A stretch of 64,000 nt of DNA from Arcobacteraceae bacterium (GTDB lineage: Bacteria; Campylobacterota; Campylobacteria; Campylobacterales; Arcobacteraceae). The notes beneath the pieces are model-generated. The model was not told where the DNA came from and ran no database searches. It was given only the letters and a program-made list of their open reading frames with translations. This document shows positions 32,507 to 43,614 of this stretch, one piece after another (the stretch's first letter is position 1; each line of letters opens with the position of its first letter). The position numbers were made by a program, and so were the translations under genes. The DNA is taken from contig OY759974.1 of the NCBI GenBank assembly GCA_963662945.1, positions 1,088,001 through 1,152,000 of the forward strand. The letters run 5' to 3'.

Positions 32507-32917
32507 CTATTGTATAATATGATGTTCGTTAAGCTCCAACTTATTATACTTACTTGTTAAAGTTGAATTTCTTTTTTTACCTTCGCCTTCAAATACACCA
32601 TTTTGTTCAATTAAAAGTTCATCATATTGCATCTTACCTATAACTTTTCCAAAACCTAAAATATTAACTTGTTCAACATCAAATAAACCATCAATTAAAC
32701 CATTTACAGTAAGTACTTTTGATCTTATTTCTCCCAAAACTTCACCATTTTTTCCAATAGTTACATCTTGTGTAGCTACAATAATACCTTCAAATCTTCC
32801 ATCAATAAAAATAGAACCTTGAGTATCTATCATACCTTTAAATGAAGTTCCACTATTGATTACTGTTGTGCCATCTTGTTGCTCTGATCGCTTACTAACT
32901 TTACTAAAGATTCCCAA
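32507..32917 (-). CDS. Bactofilin (CcmA-like)
   Basis: TVINSG...IDGRFEG...IGKNG.V.G beta-helix repeats. Confidence 0.9.
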   Translation of the reverse strand: MGIFSKVSKRSEQQDGTTVINSGTSFKGMIDTQGSIFIDGRFEGIIVATQDVTIGKNGEVLGEIRSKVLTVNGLIDGLFDVEQVNILGFGKVIGKMQYDELLIEQNGVFEGEGKKRNSTLTSKYNKLELNEHHIIQ

Positions 32918-33732
32918 TTTACTCTCCTTTGTTTTTCAAATATATCTTCATAATTTTTCATTCCCCAATCAATAAAATGACGAGGATCTAAAACTTTACT
33001 TGCATGTATAACTTCATAATGTAAATGTGGACCATTACTTCGTCCACTATTTCCACTTCTACCTATCACTTGCCCTTTTTTGACAAAATCTCCTACTTTA
33101 ACATCTGCAAATCGAAGATGTCCATATACTGTTTCAAAACCAAAGTTATGAGATACTATTATAACTCTACCAAAAGTTCCTTTATTTTTATCTTCAACAT
33201 ACCTTACAACTCCATCCGCTGTAACATGAATAGGTGTTCTTCTAGCTGCTCTTAAGTCAATCCCTTTATGGAATTGTTTTTCATTTGTTACAGGATTTGT
33301 TCTCCATCCAAATTTTGAAGTTGTTATACACTCCTCAAGTGGACAATTATTTGGTATTGTTTGTAACATATAACTTTTTTCAGCAGAAGTGAGTTTTGCT
33401 AAAGTTGCTCTTTGAATTAAATCTGTTGTATCATCAACATTGATTCCAATAATATCTTCTATTTTTTGTAATTCATCACCAAGTTCTTTTATTTGTGTTA
33501 CTTTTGCCTCAATTTGATTACTATACAAACTATTTTCTTTTGTTAATAAATCTCTCTCTTTTGAGAGTGAATTTACACTTGTTGCCAATCTAGAGATGGT
33601 AAAGAAACTTAAACTAACTATAGTAAGTGTTACAAGTATAACCCATAAAATAATCTTTTTTATAATCTTATTTACATTATAAGACCTTGAGTTATTAACA
33701 TCCGAAACTGTAATTACTAATCTATCTTTCAT
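32860..33732 (-). CDS. M23 peptidase (Csd1-like)
   Basis: HKGIDL and GPHLHYEV motifs; adjacent to bactofilin. Confidence 0.9.
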   Translation of the reverse strand: MKDRLVITVSDVNNSRSYNVNKIIKKIILWVILVTLTIVSLSFFTISRLATSVNSLSKERDLLTKENSLYSNQIEAKVTQIKELGDELQKIEDIIGINVDDTTDLIQRATLAKLTSAEKSYMLQTIPNNCPLEECITTSKFGWRTNPVTNEKQFHKGIDLRAARRTPIHVTADGVVRYVEDKNKGTFGRVIIVSHNFGFETVYGHLRFADVKVGDFVKKGQVIGRSGNSGRSNGPHLHYEVIHASKVLDPRHFIDWGMKNYEDIFEKQRRVNWESLVKLVSDQSNKMAQQ

Positions 33733-34859
33733 ATACCCCTAAAATCCTTTAAAAAATTCTCAACAACAATAAACGACCCAAATACAAGGTAATTTTCACT
33801 TTCTCTCATATTCATTATATCAAAATAATTTATATTTAAGCATAAACTCTTTATAAAATCCTCTAAAGAATGAGTATCTACCATTCTTTTATCATTACAT
33901 TTTATAATTTGTATTTCCTTGATATAGGGATGTAAAATTCTTAAAACCTCTTTATAATCTTTATCTTTATAACTATTATAGACTAAAATCACTTTTTTAT
34001 TTAATTTTTCTAATTCTTTTGCTATAACTTTTGCAGCAAGAGGATTATGTCCAACATCAATCGTTATATTATTTGTCAATTTTTGAAATCTACCGAAAAG
34101 TTTAGGTAATTTATACTCTTGACAATCAATTTTTAAATACTCTAATACACTCAAAGCTACTTGTAAATTATTTTGTAAATATAATGGTAAATCTTGGGCT
34201 TCTTTTGAAAGAAAATAAGACTTAAATTCTATTTCTATTTTATCTTGTAAAAGAGTTTTTTTAACATCATAGACTTCATTATTTATTTGTGGAGATAAAA
34301 TAAAAGCATTATCACAACTTCTCATTTTTGTTGTTGCAATTTTTTCTATAGTATCTCCTAAAAAACTTTGATGATCAAGATCTATAGTTGTTATAACTGT
34401 GAGATTATTTTCTACAACATTTGTTGCATCAAATTCTCCTCCTAAACCAGCTTCCAAAACTAAATACTCTAAGCCACTACTTAAATACAATGCAATCAAT
34501 GTTGTATATTCAAAATACGTTAATTTTTCAATCAAATCTTCTGACAATATCTCTTGGAGTTTTAGGTGAGCATTATTGAGTTCTGTTTCACTACTGTTAG
34601 TTCCATTAATCCATATACGTTCATTAAATTCTATGATATGAGGCGAGCTATAATGTAAAACTGTTTTATTTTTTTGTTCTAAAAAAGATGCTATAAATCT
34701 TCCCGTACTTCCTTTTCCATTAGTACCAATAATATGGATAACGTATGGTAAATGAATATGATGTTGTAAAATTTTCCAAGATTGATTTATAACATCATAA
34801 TCTATTTTGTCATAAAAAAGAGTTTTGTTTTCTAAAAACTCTACTAAACTACTTTCTAT
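33729..34859 (-). CDS. folC: Folylpolyglutamate synthase / dihydrofolate synthase (apparent ATA start)
   Basis: Frame is open upstream of the track's start through IIGTNGKGSTGR and HYSSPH; EAGLGGEFDATN and IDVGHNP downstream. Confidence 0.92.
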   Translation of the reverse strand: MESSLVEFLENKTLFYDKIDYDVINQSWKILQHHIHLPYVIHIIGTNGKGSTGRFIASFLEQKNKTVLHYSSPHIIEFNERIWINGTNSSETELNNAHLKLQEILSEDLIEKLTYFEYTTLIALYLSSGLEYLVLEAGLGGEFDATNVVENNLTVITTIDLDHQSFLGDTIEKIATTKMRSCDNAFILSPQINNEVYDVKKTLLQDKIEIEFKSYFLSKEAQDLPLYLQNNLQVALSVLEYLKIDCQEYKLPKLFGRFQKLTNNITIDVGHNPLAAKVIAKELEKLNKKVILVYNSYKDKDYKEVLRILHPYIKEIQIIKCNDKRMVDTHSLEDFIKSLCLNINYFDIMNMRESENYLVFGSFIVVENFLKDFRGI

Positions 34860-34861
34860 AA

Positions 34862-35386
34862 CTACTCCTTAAAGCTATTTACTGCAATTTTGGAGAAAAG
34901 ATCACTTAATGCTTTTTTTGCAGCATTTTTCACAGCTTCTTGTTTTTGTTGATCAGAAACAAGAGAATTTGCTTCTACATTATAGTCATAATAATTTGAT
35001 ACCGAAATATATTTCTTTTGTTCACCAATTTTTTGATACATTACTGTAATTGTTACATCGGCTCTATAAGTTTTTGCATATCCTTCATTATCTGAAGCCA
35101 TTACACTATGTGTTACTCTTGCTAACCTTACCAATACTTGCGTATCTGCATTTTTTTTATCTTGAGTTAGTTGGGCATTAAATCTATTTAAAATCATCTC
35201 ATTCATAGCATCTTTTACTAAAACAGAATTTTGTGTATTTTCGATATCCATTTGAAGATCTACATACACTTTTCCACTAATCTCATTTTTTGCATAATAT
35301 GAGGTTGGTTTGTAGCCACAACCACTTAAAAAAAATAATGAAAATTGAACAATAAAAAAAGACATTAGAATAAATTTTAAATTCAC
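34862..35386 (-). CDS. lptE: LPS assembly lipoprotein LptE
   Basis: Lipobox LSGCGY; immediately downstream of leuS. Confidence 0.8.
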   Translation of the reverse strand: MNLKFILMSFFIVQFSLFFLSGCGYKPTSYYAKNEISGKVYVDLQMDIENTQNSVLVKDAMNEMILNRFNAQLTQDKKNADTQVLVRLARVTHSVMASDNEGYAKTYRADVTITVMYQKIGEQKKYISVSNYYDYNVEANSLVSDQQKQEAVKNAAKKALSDLFSKIAVNSFKE

Positions 35387-35388
35387 TT

Positions 35389-37860
35389 TTAACCTTTAAC
35401 TACTAAATTTACTAACTTTTTAGGAACTACAATCTCTTTAATTAACTCTTTTCCCTCAATCCATTTTTTAGTATTTTCATTTTCTTTTGCAAGAGCTAAA
35501 ACTTCTTCATTTGAAGCATCTGGTGCTACTTCTATCTCACCTCTTTTTTTACCATTAACTGTTATCGCTAAAATAATACTATCTTGTACAAAAACTTCTT
35601 GTTTTATCTCAATCACTTTATCAAAATTACTTCTTGCAAATAACATATCACTTAATTCCCAACAAGTATGAGGAATAATTGGTTCTAAAATATTTGTTAA
35701 TATATAATATCCTTCTAACCAAATTGTAGGATTTTCTTGTTTATTTAAAGCATTTAAAGCTTCCATACAACTAGCAATTAACGTATTAAAAGTATATGTT
35801 TTATTCATTACCTCATCAGCTTTTTGTAAAGCTTCATAGATTTTTTTTCTAGCTTCTTTTTCATCTTTACTTAGACTACTGTGTTCAATTCTCTCTATTT
35901 TTGAAGCATTTGAACCTTCACATTTAGATACTGATTCATAAAATCTTCGTATAAATCTATATGCACCCTCAACTGCACTATCATTCCACTCTAACTCTTT
36001 TGTAGGGGGGGCAGCGAACATCATAAAAAGTCTTGCTGTATCAGCTCCATATTTTGCAACAATCTCATCAGGATCTACAACATTTCCTTTTGATTTTGAC
36101 ATTTTTGCACCATCTTTTAAAACCATACCTTGTGTAAGTAAGTTTTTAAATGGCTCAACACTATTTGCATACCCTAATTGATTTAAAGCTTTTGTGAAAA
36201 ATCTCGCATATAAAAGGTGTAAAATAGCATGTTCAATTCCACCAATATATTGATCAACATCCATCCAATAATTCGAATTTTCTTTATCAATACCTGTTTC
36301 ATTCCATTTTGATGGATTTGTTGCATATCGTAGAAAATACCAAGAAGATTGTACAAAAGTATCTAAAGTATCTGTTTCTCTTCGTGCAGGTTTGCCACAT
36401 TTTGGACAACTACAATTTTTCCAAGTAGGATGATTATCAAGTGGATTTCCCTCACCTGTAATCTCTACATCTTCTGGTAATGCAATAGGAAGATTTTCAA
36501 TTTTTTCAGGAACAATTCCACAATTATCACAATGAACAAAAGGAATCGGTGCACCCCAATATCGCTGACGCGAAACACCCCAATCTCGAAGTTTAAAATT
36601 AACTTTTTCTCTTCCTAAATTATTTTTCTCAAAATACTCTATTATCGCTTTTTTTGCAGTAACATTTGGCATATCTGTAAACTCATCACTATCTACAAGT
36701 ATCCCCTCTTCTGTGAAAGCTTCTTCAAGGTTAATAATACCCATTTTAGTATCTATAACTATTTTGATATCAAGTTTATATTTACTTGCAAACTCAAAGT
36801 CTCTTTGATCATGTGCTGGAACTGCCATAACAGCACCACCACCATAACTTGCTAATACGAAGTTTGCAACCCATACAGGTATCTCTTTTCCAGTTAATGG
36901 ATGAATTACAGTTATCTCTAAATCTAATCCTTGTTTTTCTTGAGTTGCTCTATCTCTTTCAGTCACTTTTTGCATAGCTTCAATTTGTGCTATCTTTTCA
37001 TCACTTACAAGTTTGTTTTCTACAATATATTTTACTATTTTATGCTCTGGTGCAAGTGCAGTATACGTCACCCCATAAATTGTATCTGGTCTTGTTGTAA
37101 ATACTTCATATTTTTCAAAATTATTATTTAGCTTTTGTTTTGTCTCATTGCTTAAAGTAAATTCAAACTCTAGTCCTGTACTTCTCCCTATCCAATTTTC
37201 TTGCATAGTTAAAACTTGCGATGGCCATTTCCCTTCTAAAGTTTTTAAATCATCAAGAAGTGTTTGTGCATATTTTGTAATCGCTACATAATATCCTGGC
37301 ATCTCTTTTTGCTGTACTGGTGTGTCACATCTCCAACAACAACCCTCTTCTACTTGTTCATTTGCTAAAACTGTATGACAAGGTTCACACCAGTTTACTA
37401 TTGAACTTTTTTGATACAAAAGTCCTTCTTCATACATTTTGATAATAAACTCTTGTTCCCATTTTGTATAAAGCTCATCACTTGTTGCAAATTCTCTTGT
37501 TTTTGAAAAACTAAGCCCTAAACCTTCAAGCTCTTTTCTCATATAATCAATATTTTCATAAGTCCATTTTTTTGGGTGCAATTTATGTTTTATCGCTGCA
37601 TTTTCTGCTGGCATACCAAAACTATCCCAACCAATTGGGTGCAATACATTAAAACCATTTTTTCTAAAATGTCTTGCAAATGCATCACCTAAACAATAGT
37701 TTCTCACATGCCCCATATGGATTCTTCCACTTGGATATGGGAACATACTTAAAATATATTTTTTCTCTTTACCGCAATCTTCATTTAATGGTTCAAAACT
37801 ATTATTTGTTGACCAAAATTTTTGCCATTTTGTCTCAATACTCTGTGGATTATAATCCAT
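35389..37860 (-). CDS. leuS: Leucyl-tRNA synthetase
   Basis: MFPYPSG.HMGH, SRQRYWG and KMSKS motifs. Confidence 0.98.
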   Translation of the reverse strand: MDYNPQSIETKWQKFWSTNNSFEPLNEDCGKEKKYILSMFPYPSGRIHMGHVRNYCLGDAFARHFRKNGFNVLHPIGWDSFGMPAENAAIKHKLHPKKWTYENIDYMRKELEGLGLSFSKTREFATSDELYTKWEQEFIIKMYEEGLLYQKSSIVNWCEPCHTVLANEQVEEGCCWRCDTPVQQKEMPGYYVAITKYAQTLLDDLKTLEGKWPSQVLTMQENWIGRSTGLEFEFTLSNETKQKLNNNFEKYEVFTTRPDTIYGVTYTALAPEHKIVKYIVENKLVSDEKIAQIEAMQKVTERDRATQEKQGLDLEITVIHPLTGKEIPVWVANFVLASYGGGAVMAVPAHDQRDFEFASKYKLDIKIVIDTKMGIINLEEAFTEEGILVDSDEFTDMPNVTAKKAIIEYFEKNNLGREKVNFKLRDWGVSRQRYWGAPIPFVHCDNCGIVPEKIENLPIALPEDVEITGEGNPLDNHPTWKNCSCPKCGKPARRETDTLDTFVQSSWYFLRYATNPSKWNETGIDKENSNYWMDVDQYIGGIEHAILHLLYARFFTKALNQLGYANSVEPFKNLLTQGMVLKDGAKMSKSKGNVVDPDEIVAKYGADTARLFMMFAAPPTKELEWNDSAVEGAYRFIRRFYESVSKCEGSNASKIERIEHSSLSKDEKEARKKIYEALQKADEVMNKTYTFNTLIASCMEALNALNKQENPTIWLEGYYILTNILEPIIPHTCWELSDMLFARSNFDKVIEIKQEVFVQDSIILAITVNGKKRGEIEVAPDASNEEVLALAKENENTKKWIEGKELIKEIVVPKKLVNLVVKG

Positions 37861-38204
37861 TAATACTCATCCTTCTCTGTACTTTTTGCACTTTCAATTA
37901 ATGCTAATGCTACTGCAAATAAGTTTGCAACAACTGCACCAATTGCTAATGCTACTGCTAATTCTACATTATTTGTAAACGTAAATACTATAAATGCCGG
38001 TATAAGATGTAAATCTGCCACTAATGAACTTGCAAGTAACTCTGCTGATAATAAATTTCTCACACCAATTTTTAAAATTGTTGATATAACATTTACCCCT
38101 GCAGCTACAAAAAGTGCTACTGCGTTATGGTCGTATAAAAAACCTGCCGTGGTTGTCAAACTCATCAATGAAAAGAAAATATAAACTACTTTACCCCAAT
38201 CCAT
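37860..38204 (-). CDS. Conserved small membrane protein (DUF6394-like)
   Basis: Hydrophobic; MDWGKV and [13 protein letters not shown]; upstream of leuS. Confidence 0.7.
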   Translation of the reverse strand: MDWGKVVYIFFSLMSLTTTAGFLYDHNAVALFVAAGVNVISTILKIGVRNLLSAELLASSLVADLHLIPAFIVFTFTNNVELAVALAIGAVVANLFAVALALIESAKSTEKDEY

Positions 38205-38276
38205 ATAATACTCCTAAAGTTCCAAATCTTAAATAATCCACGATTATAGTCAAATCTTAGTTATAGCTGGTTTAAA

Positions 38277-39848
38277 TTATAATAATTCTTTGAACATCAA
38301 ATTAAATTTCACTTCACCTCTAAACTCATTTTTAGAGATATTGGCTGTAAAACTTATCTTTTCTCCAATCATAACATCATCAAAATCAGAAAATATAACA
38401 ACTTCAATAGGTAAAGTTCCATTTGATACTATAAGTTTTGTATATTCTTTATTTTTCCCCATTTTTGTTACACTTACCACTTCCATATTGGAAAAAGTAA
38501 ATATTGGATAAGGATTTGTTATCCCATATGGTCTATAAGATTCTATAAGATTATAAATCTTTTCTCCAACTTCACTGATACAAAACTCACCTAAAGATAC
38601 ACTCTCATAATCCTCTTCTTGGCTTAATAAATCATCAATATTGCTATTGAGCATATTTTTAAATTGTTCTATTTTCTCACTTTGGATACTTAAACCTGCT
38701 GCTTGTTTATGTCCACCAAAACCATCTAAAACTTCACTACAACTTGCAATTAGTTTATATAGATCAACTTGAGAAGTACTTCTAGCACTTGCTTTTGCTT
38801 TTTGATTTTCAATACTCAAAACTATAGAAGGTTTTTTATATTTATCACATAATTTTGAAGCAACTATTCCTATAATTCCTTCATTCCATTTTTGACTTGC
38901 AACAACAATTACCTTATCCATTTCATCAACTTGTTCTTTTGCTTCATTAAAAATTTGTAGTTGTTCTTGTTTTCTTGCCTCATTAAGTTCTATCAAATAA
39001 TCAAGTTGCATATTCGCTTCAAACTCATCAAAAGAAAGTAAAAATTCTAGTGCAACAGAAGGGTCAGACATTCTTCCAGCACAATTTATGAGTGGTGCTA
39101 TTTTAAATCCAATATCTTCTTCTGTTATAACATCTAAACCATATCTTTGTCTTAAAGCAACCATACAAGGTCTTTGAGAATTTTGAATAGTTTTAAGTCC
39201 AACTTTTACCATAGTTTGATTCAAACTTTTCATTGGCATAATATCTGCAACAATAGCCAAAGTCATCAAATCAAATAGTTCCATCAAGTTATATTGAATA
39301 TTCAAACCATTTTTAATACTTGCACATAAATACCAAGCAACTTGTGCTCCACAAATTTCTTTAAAAGGAAATGAACAATCACTTTGTTTTGGATTCACTA
39401 TTGCATAAGCATCTGGGAGTTCTGTACCCACCGTATGATGATCTGTAATGATTAAATCTAAACCTCTTTTTTTGCAAATTTCTGCAGCTTCTATAGCACT
39501 AATACCATTATCAACTGTAATAATTATTCCATCATAAATTTGCTCTAAAATAATAGGACTTAAGCCATAACCATGTTCAAATCTGTTCGGAATAATATAA
39601 TGTACTTCAACACCCAAGCTTGTGAAAAAGTTTACCATCAAAGCTGTTGAAGTTACACCATCAACGTCATAATCCCCTACTACATTTATAGTTTCATCAT
39701 TTTTAATAGCTTGTATAATCCGTTGTGTTGCTTTTTGCATATCTTTAAAATTATCAGGAGTTGGAATACTTTTGAGTGTCTTATAAGCATCATCTTTCAC
39801 ACGGTTGTGTAAAATTTGTTCTATATCGTTTATTGTTAATCTATTCAT
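38277..39848 (-). CDS. recJ: ssDNA exonuclease RecJ
   Basis: GDYDVDG, TVDNG, TDHH and GGHKQAAG motifs. Confidence 0.97.
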   Translation of the reverse strand: MNRLTINDIEQILHNRVKDDAYKTLKSIPTPDNFKDMQKATQRIIQAIKNDETINVVGDYDVDGVTSTALMVNFFTSLGVEVHYIIPNRFEHGYGLSPIILEQIYDGIIITVDNGISAIEAAEICKKRGLDLIITDHHTVGTELPDAYAIVNPKQSDCSFPFKEICGAQVAWYLCASIKNGLNIQYNLMELFDLMTLAIVADIMPMKSLNQTMVKVGLKTIQNSQRPCMVALRQRYGLDVITEEDIGFKIAPLINCAGRMSDPSVALEFLLSFDEFEANMQLDYLIELNEARKQEQLQIFNEAKEQVDEMDKVIVVASQKWNEGIIGIVASKLCDKYKKPSIVLSIENQKAKASARSTSQVDLYKLIASCSEVLDGFGGHKQAAGLSIQSEKIEQFKNMLNSNIDDLLSQEEDYESVSLGEFCISEVGEKIYNLIESYRPYGITNPYPIFTFSNMEVVSVTKMGKNKEYTKLIVSNGTLPIEVVIFSDFDDVMIGEKISFTANISKNEFRGEVKFNLMFKELL

Positions 39849-39920
39849 TTTTTTATTATATCGTTTTTAAACTATTTTTAGATAAAATAATAGCTATTTA
39901 AATGAATTTAGGATTTATAA

Positions 39921-40841
39921 ATGGATAAAGCAAAATATATATGGATGGATGGTGAACTCACTCCTTGGGATGACGCAAAGGTACACGTTCTTACACATAC
40001 TCTTCACTATGGAAATGGTGCAATTGAGGGAACAAAAGCATATAAAACAGTTGATGGAAGATGTGCTATATTTAAATTAACTGAGCATACTCAAAGATTA
40101 ATTGATTCTTCAAAAATGACATTAATGAATGTACCATTTACAGTTGAAGAATTAAATGCTGCACAAGTAAAACTATTACAAGAAAATGAACTATTCGATG
40201 GTGCATACATTAGACCACTTGTATACTTAGGATATGGAGTAATGGGACTTTACCATAAAGAATGTCCTGTTAATGTTTCAATCAGTGCTTGGAAATGGGG
40301 AGCATACTTAGGTGAAGAGGGATTAAAAAAAGGTATTAGATTAAAAATATCTTCATTTACAAGAACTCCAAATACTTCAGGTATGGGAAAAGCAAAAGCA
40401 GTTGCAAACTACCTAAACTCACAAATGGCAAAATATGAAGCTGTAGAAGCTGGATATGATGAAGCACTTTTAAGAGATGATCAAGGATATGTTGCAGAAG
40501 CTAGTGGTGCTGCATTTTTTATGGTACAAAATGGAGTTTTAGTAACACCGCCAAGTGATAATGCACTAAAATCAATCACACAATCAACTATCATAGATTT
40601 AGCTATTGATATGGGTATCAAAGTTGAAAGAAGAAGAATCACAAGAGAAGAGATATATATTTGTGATGAATGTTTTTTAACAGGAACAGCTGCTGAAGTT
40701 ACACCTATTAGAGATGTTGATGCTAGAACTATTGGTTGTGGAAGTCGTGGACCAATAACAGAAAAACTTCAATCTGCATATTTTGATGTAGTTGCAGGGA
40801 AAAATGAAAAGTATCTAAAATACTTAACTTATATTAACTAA
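39921..40841 (+). CDS. ilvE: Branched-chain amino acid aminotransferase
   Basis: HTLHYG, YIRP and FLTGTAAEVTP motifs. Confidence 0.96.
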   Translation: MDKAKYIWMDGELTPWDDAKVHVLTHTLHYGNGAIEGTKAYKTVDGRCAIFKLTEHTQRLIDSSKMTLMNVPFTVEELNAAQVKLLQENELFDGAYIRPLVYLGYGVMGLYHKECPVNVSISAWKWGAYLGEEGLKKGIRLKISSFTRTPNTSGMGKAKAVANYLNSQMAKYEAVEAGYDEALLRDDQGYVAEASGAAFFMVQNGVLVTPPSDNALKSITQSTIIDLAIDMGIKVERRRITREEIYICDECFLTGTAAEVTPIRDVDARTIGCGSRGPITEKLQSAYFDVVAGKNEKYLKYLTYIN

Positions 40842-40912
40842 TATAATTAAGTGGAGATAAAGTGGATTTTTATATTATAACAATCCATTTAAAAAAAAGA
40901 GGAAAGTAAATA

Positions 40913-42022
40913 ATGCCAATAGACAATGACTATTTTAAAAATAGACAAAAACAACAAAGCGGTTCTACAAATAGTAACAGTAGTGGAAACAATAACAACG
41001 GTGGAAATGGTGGAGGTGGATACGAACCACCATTTCAAGCACCTGACTTATTTAAAAACTTCAACAAACAATCAGGTATTATATATGGGATTATAATACT
41101 CGCTGTATTGCTATTTTTCACAAAACCATTTGTTATTATCAACTCAGGTGAAGTTGGTATTAAAGTAACAACTGGTAAATATGAGAATGAACCATTACAA
41201 CCAGGTTTTCATCTATACATTCCAGTTATTCAAAAAGTTATTACAGTAGATACAAAAGTAAGACTTATCAACTATATGACAGTTGAACAAATGAGTGGAT
41301 TTGATAGTGGTATTAAGTTAAATCCAGCTATTAATATTCTTGATGCAAGAGGGTTACCAGTCTCAATTGAACTTACTGTTCAATATAAACTTTTACCATC
41401 AGGTGCACCTGCTACGATTGCAACATGGGGACTTAGTTGGGAAGATAAAATCGTAAATCCAGTTGTAAGAAATATCGTAAGAAATGTTGTAGGTGAGTTT
41501 AATGCAGAACAACTTCCAACAAAAAGAAATGAGATTGCAACTATGATTGAAAATGGTATAAGAACTCAAATTGAAGCACTGGATGGGAAACCTGTATCTA
41601 TTGAATCAGTTCAATTAAGAGAGATTGTTCTTCCAGTAAAAATCAAAGAGCAAATTGAGAGAGTTCAAATTGCAAATCAAGAAGCTGAAAGATTAAAATA
41701 CGAAGTTTTAAGAGCGAAACAAGAAGCTGAGAAAAAAGCTGCTCTTGCAAAAGGGGAAGCTGATAAAAATAGAATTGAAGCACAAGGTAGAGCAGATGCT
41801 GTAACTATAGAAGCAAGTGCACAATCAAAAGCAAATAAACTTGTAGCAGAATCTTTAACAGAAAAACTTCTTCATATGCAACAAATCGAAGTTCAAGGAA
41901 AATTTAATGATGCACTTAGAGAAAACAAAGATGCAAAAATTTTCTTAACTCCTGGTGGTTCTACTCCAAATATTTGGGTGGATACTAAAGACACACAAAG
42001 AGCTACTGCGGTTAGCAGATAG
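40913..42022 (+). CDS. SPFH/prohibitin-family membrane protein
   Basis: TM, GEVGI, PGFHLYIP and C-terminal EA-rich coiled coil. Confidence 0.9.
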   Translation: MPIDNDYFKNRQKQQSGSTNSNSSGNNNNGGNGGGGYEPPFQAPDLFKNFNKQSGIIYGIIILAVLLFFTKPFVIINSGEVGIKVTTGKYENEPLQPGFHLYIPVIQKVITVDTKVRLINYMTVEQMSGFDSGIKLNPAINILDARGLPVSIELTVQYKLLPSGAPATIATWGLSWEDKIVNPVVRNIVRNVVGEFNAEQLPTKRNEIATMIENGIRTQIEALDGKPVSIESVQLREIVLPVKIKEQIERVQIANQEAERLKYEVLRAKQEAEKKAALAKGEADKNRIEAQGRADAVTIEASAQSKANKLVAESLTEKLLHMQQIEVQGKFNDALRENKDAKIFLTPGGSTPNIWVDTKDTQRATAVSR

Positions 42023-42061
42023 TTTATAAAGAGAGATTTTTTTCTCTCTTTTTTTAATAAT

Positions 42062-42421
42062 ATGCAGAAAATAAAATATATAATCATTCTTATCTTAGCT
42101 TTATCATTGGTATTTGTATATATCCAATTAAGCGATTATGATAAAATATCAAATTCACTTTTACAACAAAACTCATCTTCAAGTAAAAAAATAGAAGACT
42201 TAGAAAGTCAAGTATCTACATTAAAAGCTGAAAATCAAGTGTTGCAAGATACAATTGCTACTCAAAAGCAAAAAATATTTTTACTTGAAGAGGAGTTAGT
42301 ATTGATTAAATATGATAAATCTGATTCTAATACTACAATAACTGACACAAATACTACAACCGAACCACCAATATTCCAAAAAGAAGAAAAATCACTTTTT
42401 GACAAAATATTTAACAAATAA
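42062..42421 (+). CDS. Hypothetical membrane-anchored coiled-coil protein
   Basis: N-terminal hydrophobic helix followed by heptads. Confidence 0.6.
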   Translation: MQKIKYIIILILALSLVFVYIQLSDYDKISNSLLQQNSSSSKKIEDLESQVSTLKAENQVLQDTIATQKQKIFLLEEELVLIKYDKSDSNTTITDTNTTTEPPIFQKEEKSLFDKIFNK

Positions 42422-42431
42422 GAGGATAGAG

Positions 42432-43118
42432 ATGAGCAACATAATAGATACCATAGATTTTGAGAAACAGGATGGATTAATTCCAGTTATTACTCAAGAC
42501 AACCAAACAAATGAAGTTCTAATGCTTGCATATATGAATAAAGAAGCATTAGAACTAACTCTTAGTACAAATTTTGCTCATTATTTTAGTAGAAGTAAAC
42601 AACGAATTTGGAAAAAAGGGGAAAGTTCAAATCATACCCAAGAGGTTGTATCTATAAGTCTAGATTGTGACAATGACACTATTCTTTTAAAAGTAAATCA
42701 AAATGGTGTTGCCTGTCACACAGGAAGAAAATCTTGTTTTTTCACAGATATAAAAACAGGAGAAACTACAAGTGAAGTTGAAGTTGATACAACAGCTGCT
42801 TATGGTGTAGTAGATACTTTATATCATACTATCTTAGAGAGAAAAAATGATGACCCAACAAAATCATACACAGCAAAACTTCTTCAAGGAAAACAAAACT
42901 CTATGCTTAAAAAAATAGTAGAGGAAGCTGGAGAGTTTACTTTTGCAGTAAAAGACAACGACTCAGAAGAGATTATCTACGAAGGTGCTGATTTATTGTA
43001 TCATTGTTTAGTAGCTCTAGCAAGTGCTAATATAAGTCCAGATAGAATCAAACAAGAGATTGCTAGAAGATTTGGACTTAGCGGGATTGAGGAGAAAAAT
43101 TCAAGAGTAGAGAAGTAA
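42432..43118 (+). CDS. hisIE: Phosphoribosyl-AMP cyclohydrolase / phosphoribosyl-ATP pyrophosphatase
   Basis: WKKGESS, DCDND, ACHTG and KKIVEEAGE motifs. Start placed at the ATG after AGAGGA. Confidence 0.96.
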   Translation: MSNIIDTIDFEKQDGLIPVITQDNQTNEVLMLAYMNKEALELTLSTNFAHYFSRSKQRIWKKGESSNHTQEVVSISLDCDNDTILLKVNQNGVACHTGRKSCFFTDIKTGETTSEVEVDTTAAYGVVDTLYHTILERKNDDPTKSYTAKLLQGKQNSMLKKIVEEAGEFTFAVKDNDSEEIIYEGADLLYHCLVALASANISPDRIKQEIARRFGLSGIEEKNSRVEK

Positions 43119-43137
43119 TTTAGATTACTTTTCTACT
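43106..43137. terminator. Hairpin spanning the hisIE stop and the displaced original mnmG stop
   Basis: AGTAGAGAAGTAAT-TTAG-ATTACTTTTCTACT, with one mismatch. Confidence 0.6.
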
Positions 43138-43147
43138 TCTTTTTACT

Positions 43148-43152
43148 TTTCA
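43148..43152. repeat. 5-bp target-site duplication TTTCA (hisIE side)
   Basis: Immediately before TGT at 43153; identical to 61761-61765. Confidence 0.9.
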
Positions 43153-43280
43153 TGTGAGATACAATAAAGTTTGAGAATGCTTGTAAAGTCATGTATGCTC
43201 CGTGTTTACTAAGTTATACTGGATTATAAAGTCAATTTACTAATAACTAAGTAAATATTTTATTTAATAAAGTTTGATAC
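43153..43280 (+). repeat. Outer transposon end (left-type, widely spaced TnsB sites)
   Basis: TGTGAGATACAATAAAGTTTGAGAAT at 43153; further site AATAAAGTTTGATA at 43266. Confidence 0.85.
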
Positions 43281-43305
43281 TATAGTGAATTTTGTATATT
43301 GCTCT

Positions 43306-43331
43306 TAACTATGAGGAGTTCCTCATAGTTA
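43306..43331 (-). terminator. Perfect hairpin at the end of the small-ORF pair
   Basis: TAACTATGAGG-AGTT-CCTCATAGTTA. Confidence 0.6.
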
Positions 43332-43466
43332 TTCATCTTCATCGATATAAGAATCATTATTTGGATTATGGACATCAGACCAATCATCCATGTCAGCTTC
43401 ATTATTTGGATTGTTAATATCAGACCAAATGTCTAATTCATCTTGAGACATATTTGAGGTATCCAT
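43329..43466 (-). CDS. 45-aa acidic protein with duplicated D.WSD..NPNN motif
   Basis: ATG at 43466 preceded by GGAGGT; corresponds to the C-terminal part of the track's 72-aa ORF. Confidence 0.65.
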   Translation of the reverse strand: MDTSNMSQDELDIWSDINNPNNEADMDDWSDVHNPNNDSYIDEDE

Positions 43467-43467
43467 T

Positions 43468-43614
43468 TTAATTACCTCCGCTTGAAGAGTTTTTTGATGC
43501 AGCTCTTTGTGCTCTTGCCGAAAAACTTCCTTTTGAGGTATTTCCACCTTTTTTTGCTGTACTTGATTGAATTCTTGCAGCAGCAGTTTTTGTCATTTGA
43601 CTTTTCTTTGTCAT
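43468..43614 (-). CDS. 48-aa basic small protein (SMP/LEA-like pattern), not in the ORF track
   Basis: AAAGGA RBS; MTKKSQMTKTAAARIQSSTAKKGGNTSKGSFSARAQRAASKNSSSGGN. Confidence 0.7.
   Translation of the reverse strand: MTKKSQMTKTAAARIQSSTAKKGGNTSKGSFSARAQRAASKNSSSGGN

Noticed and set aside
43329-43547. 72-aa ORF as given in the track
   Set aside because: Its GTG start lies inside the 48-aa gene in another frame; the ATG at 43466 has a strong RBS.
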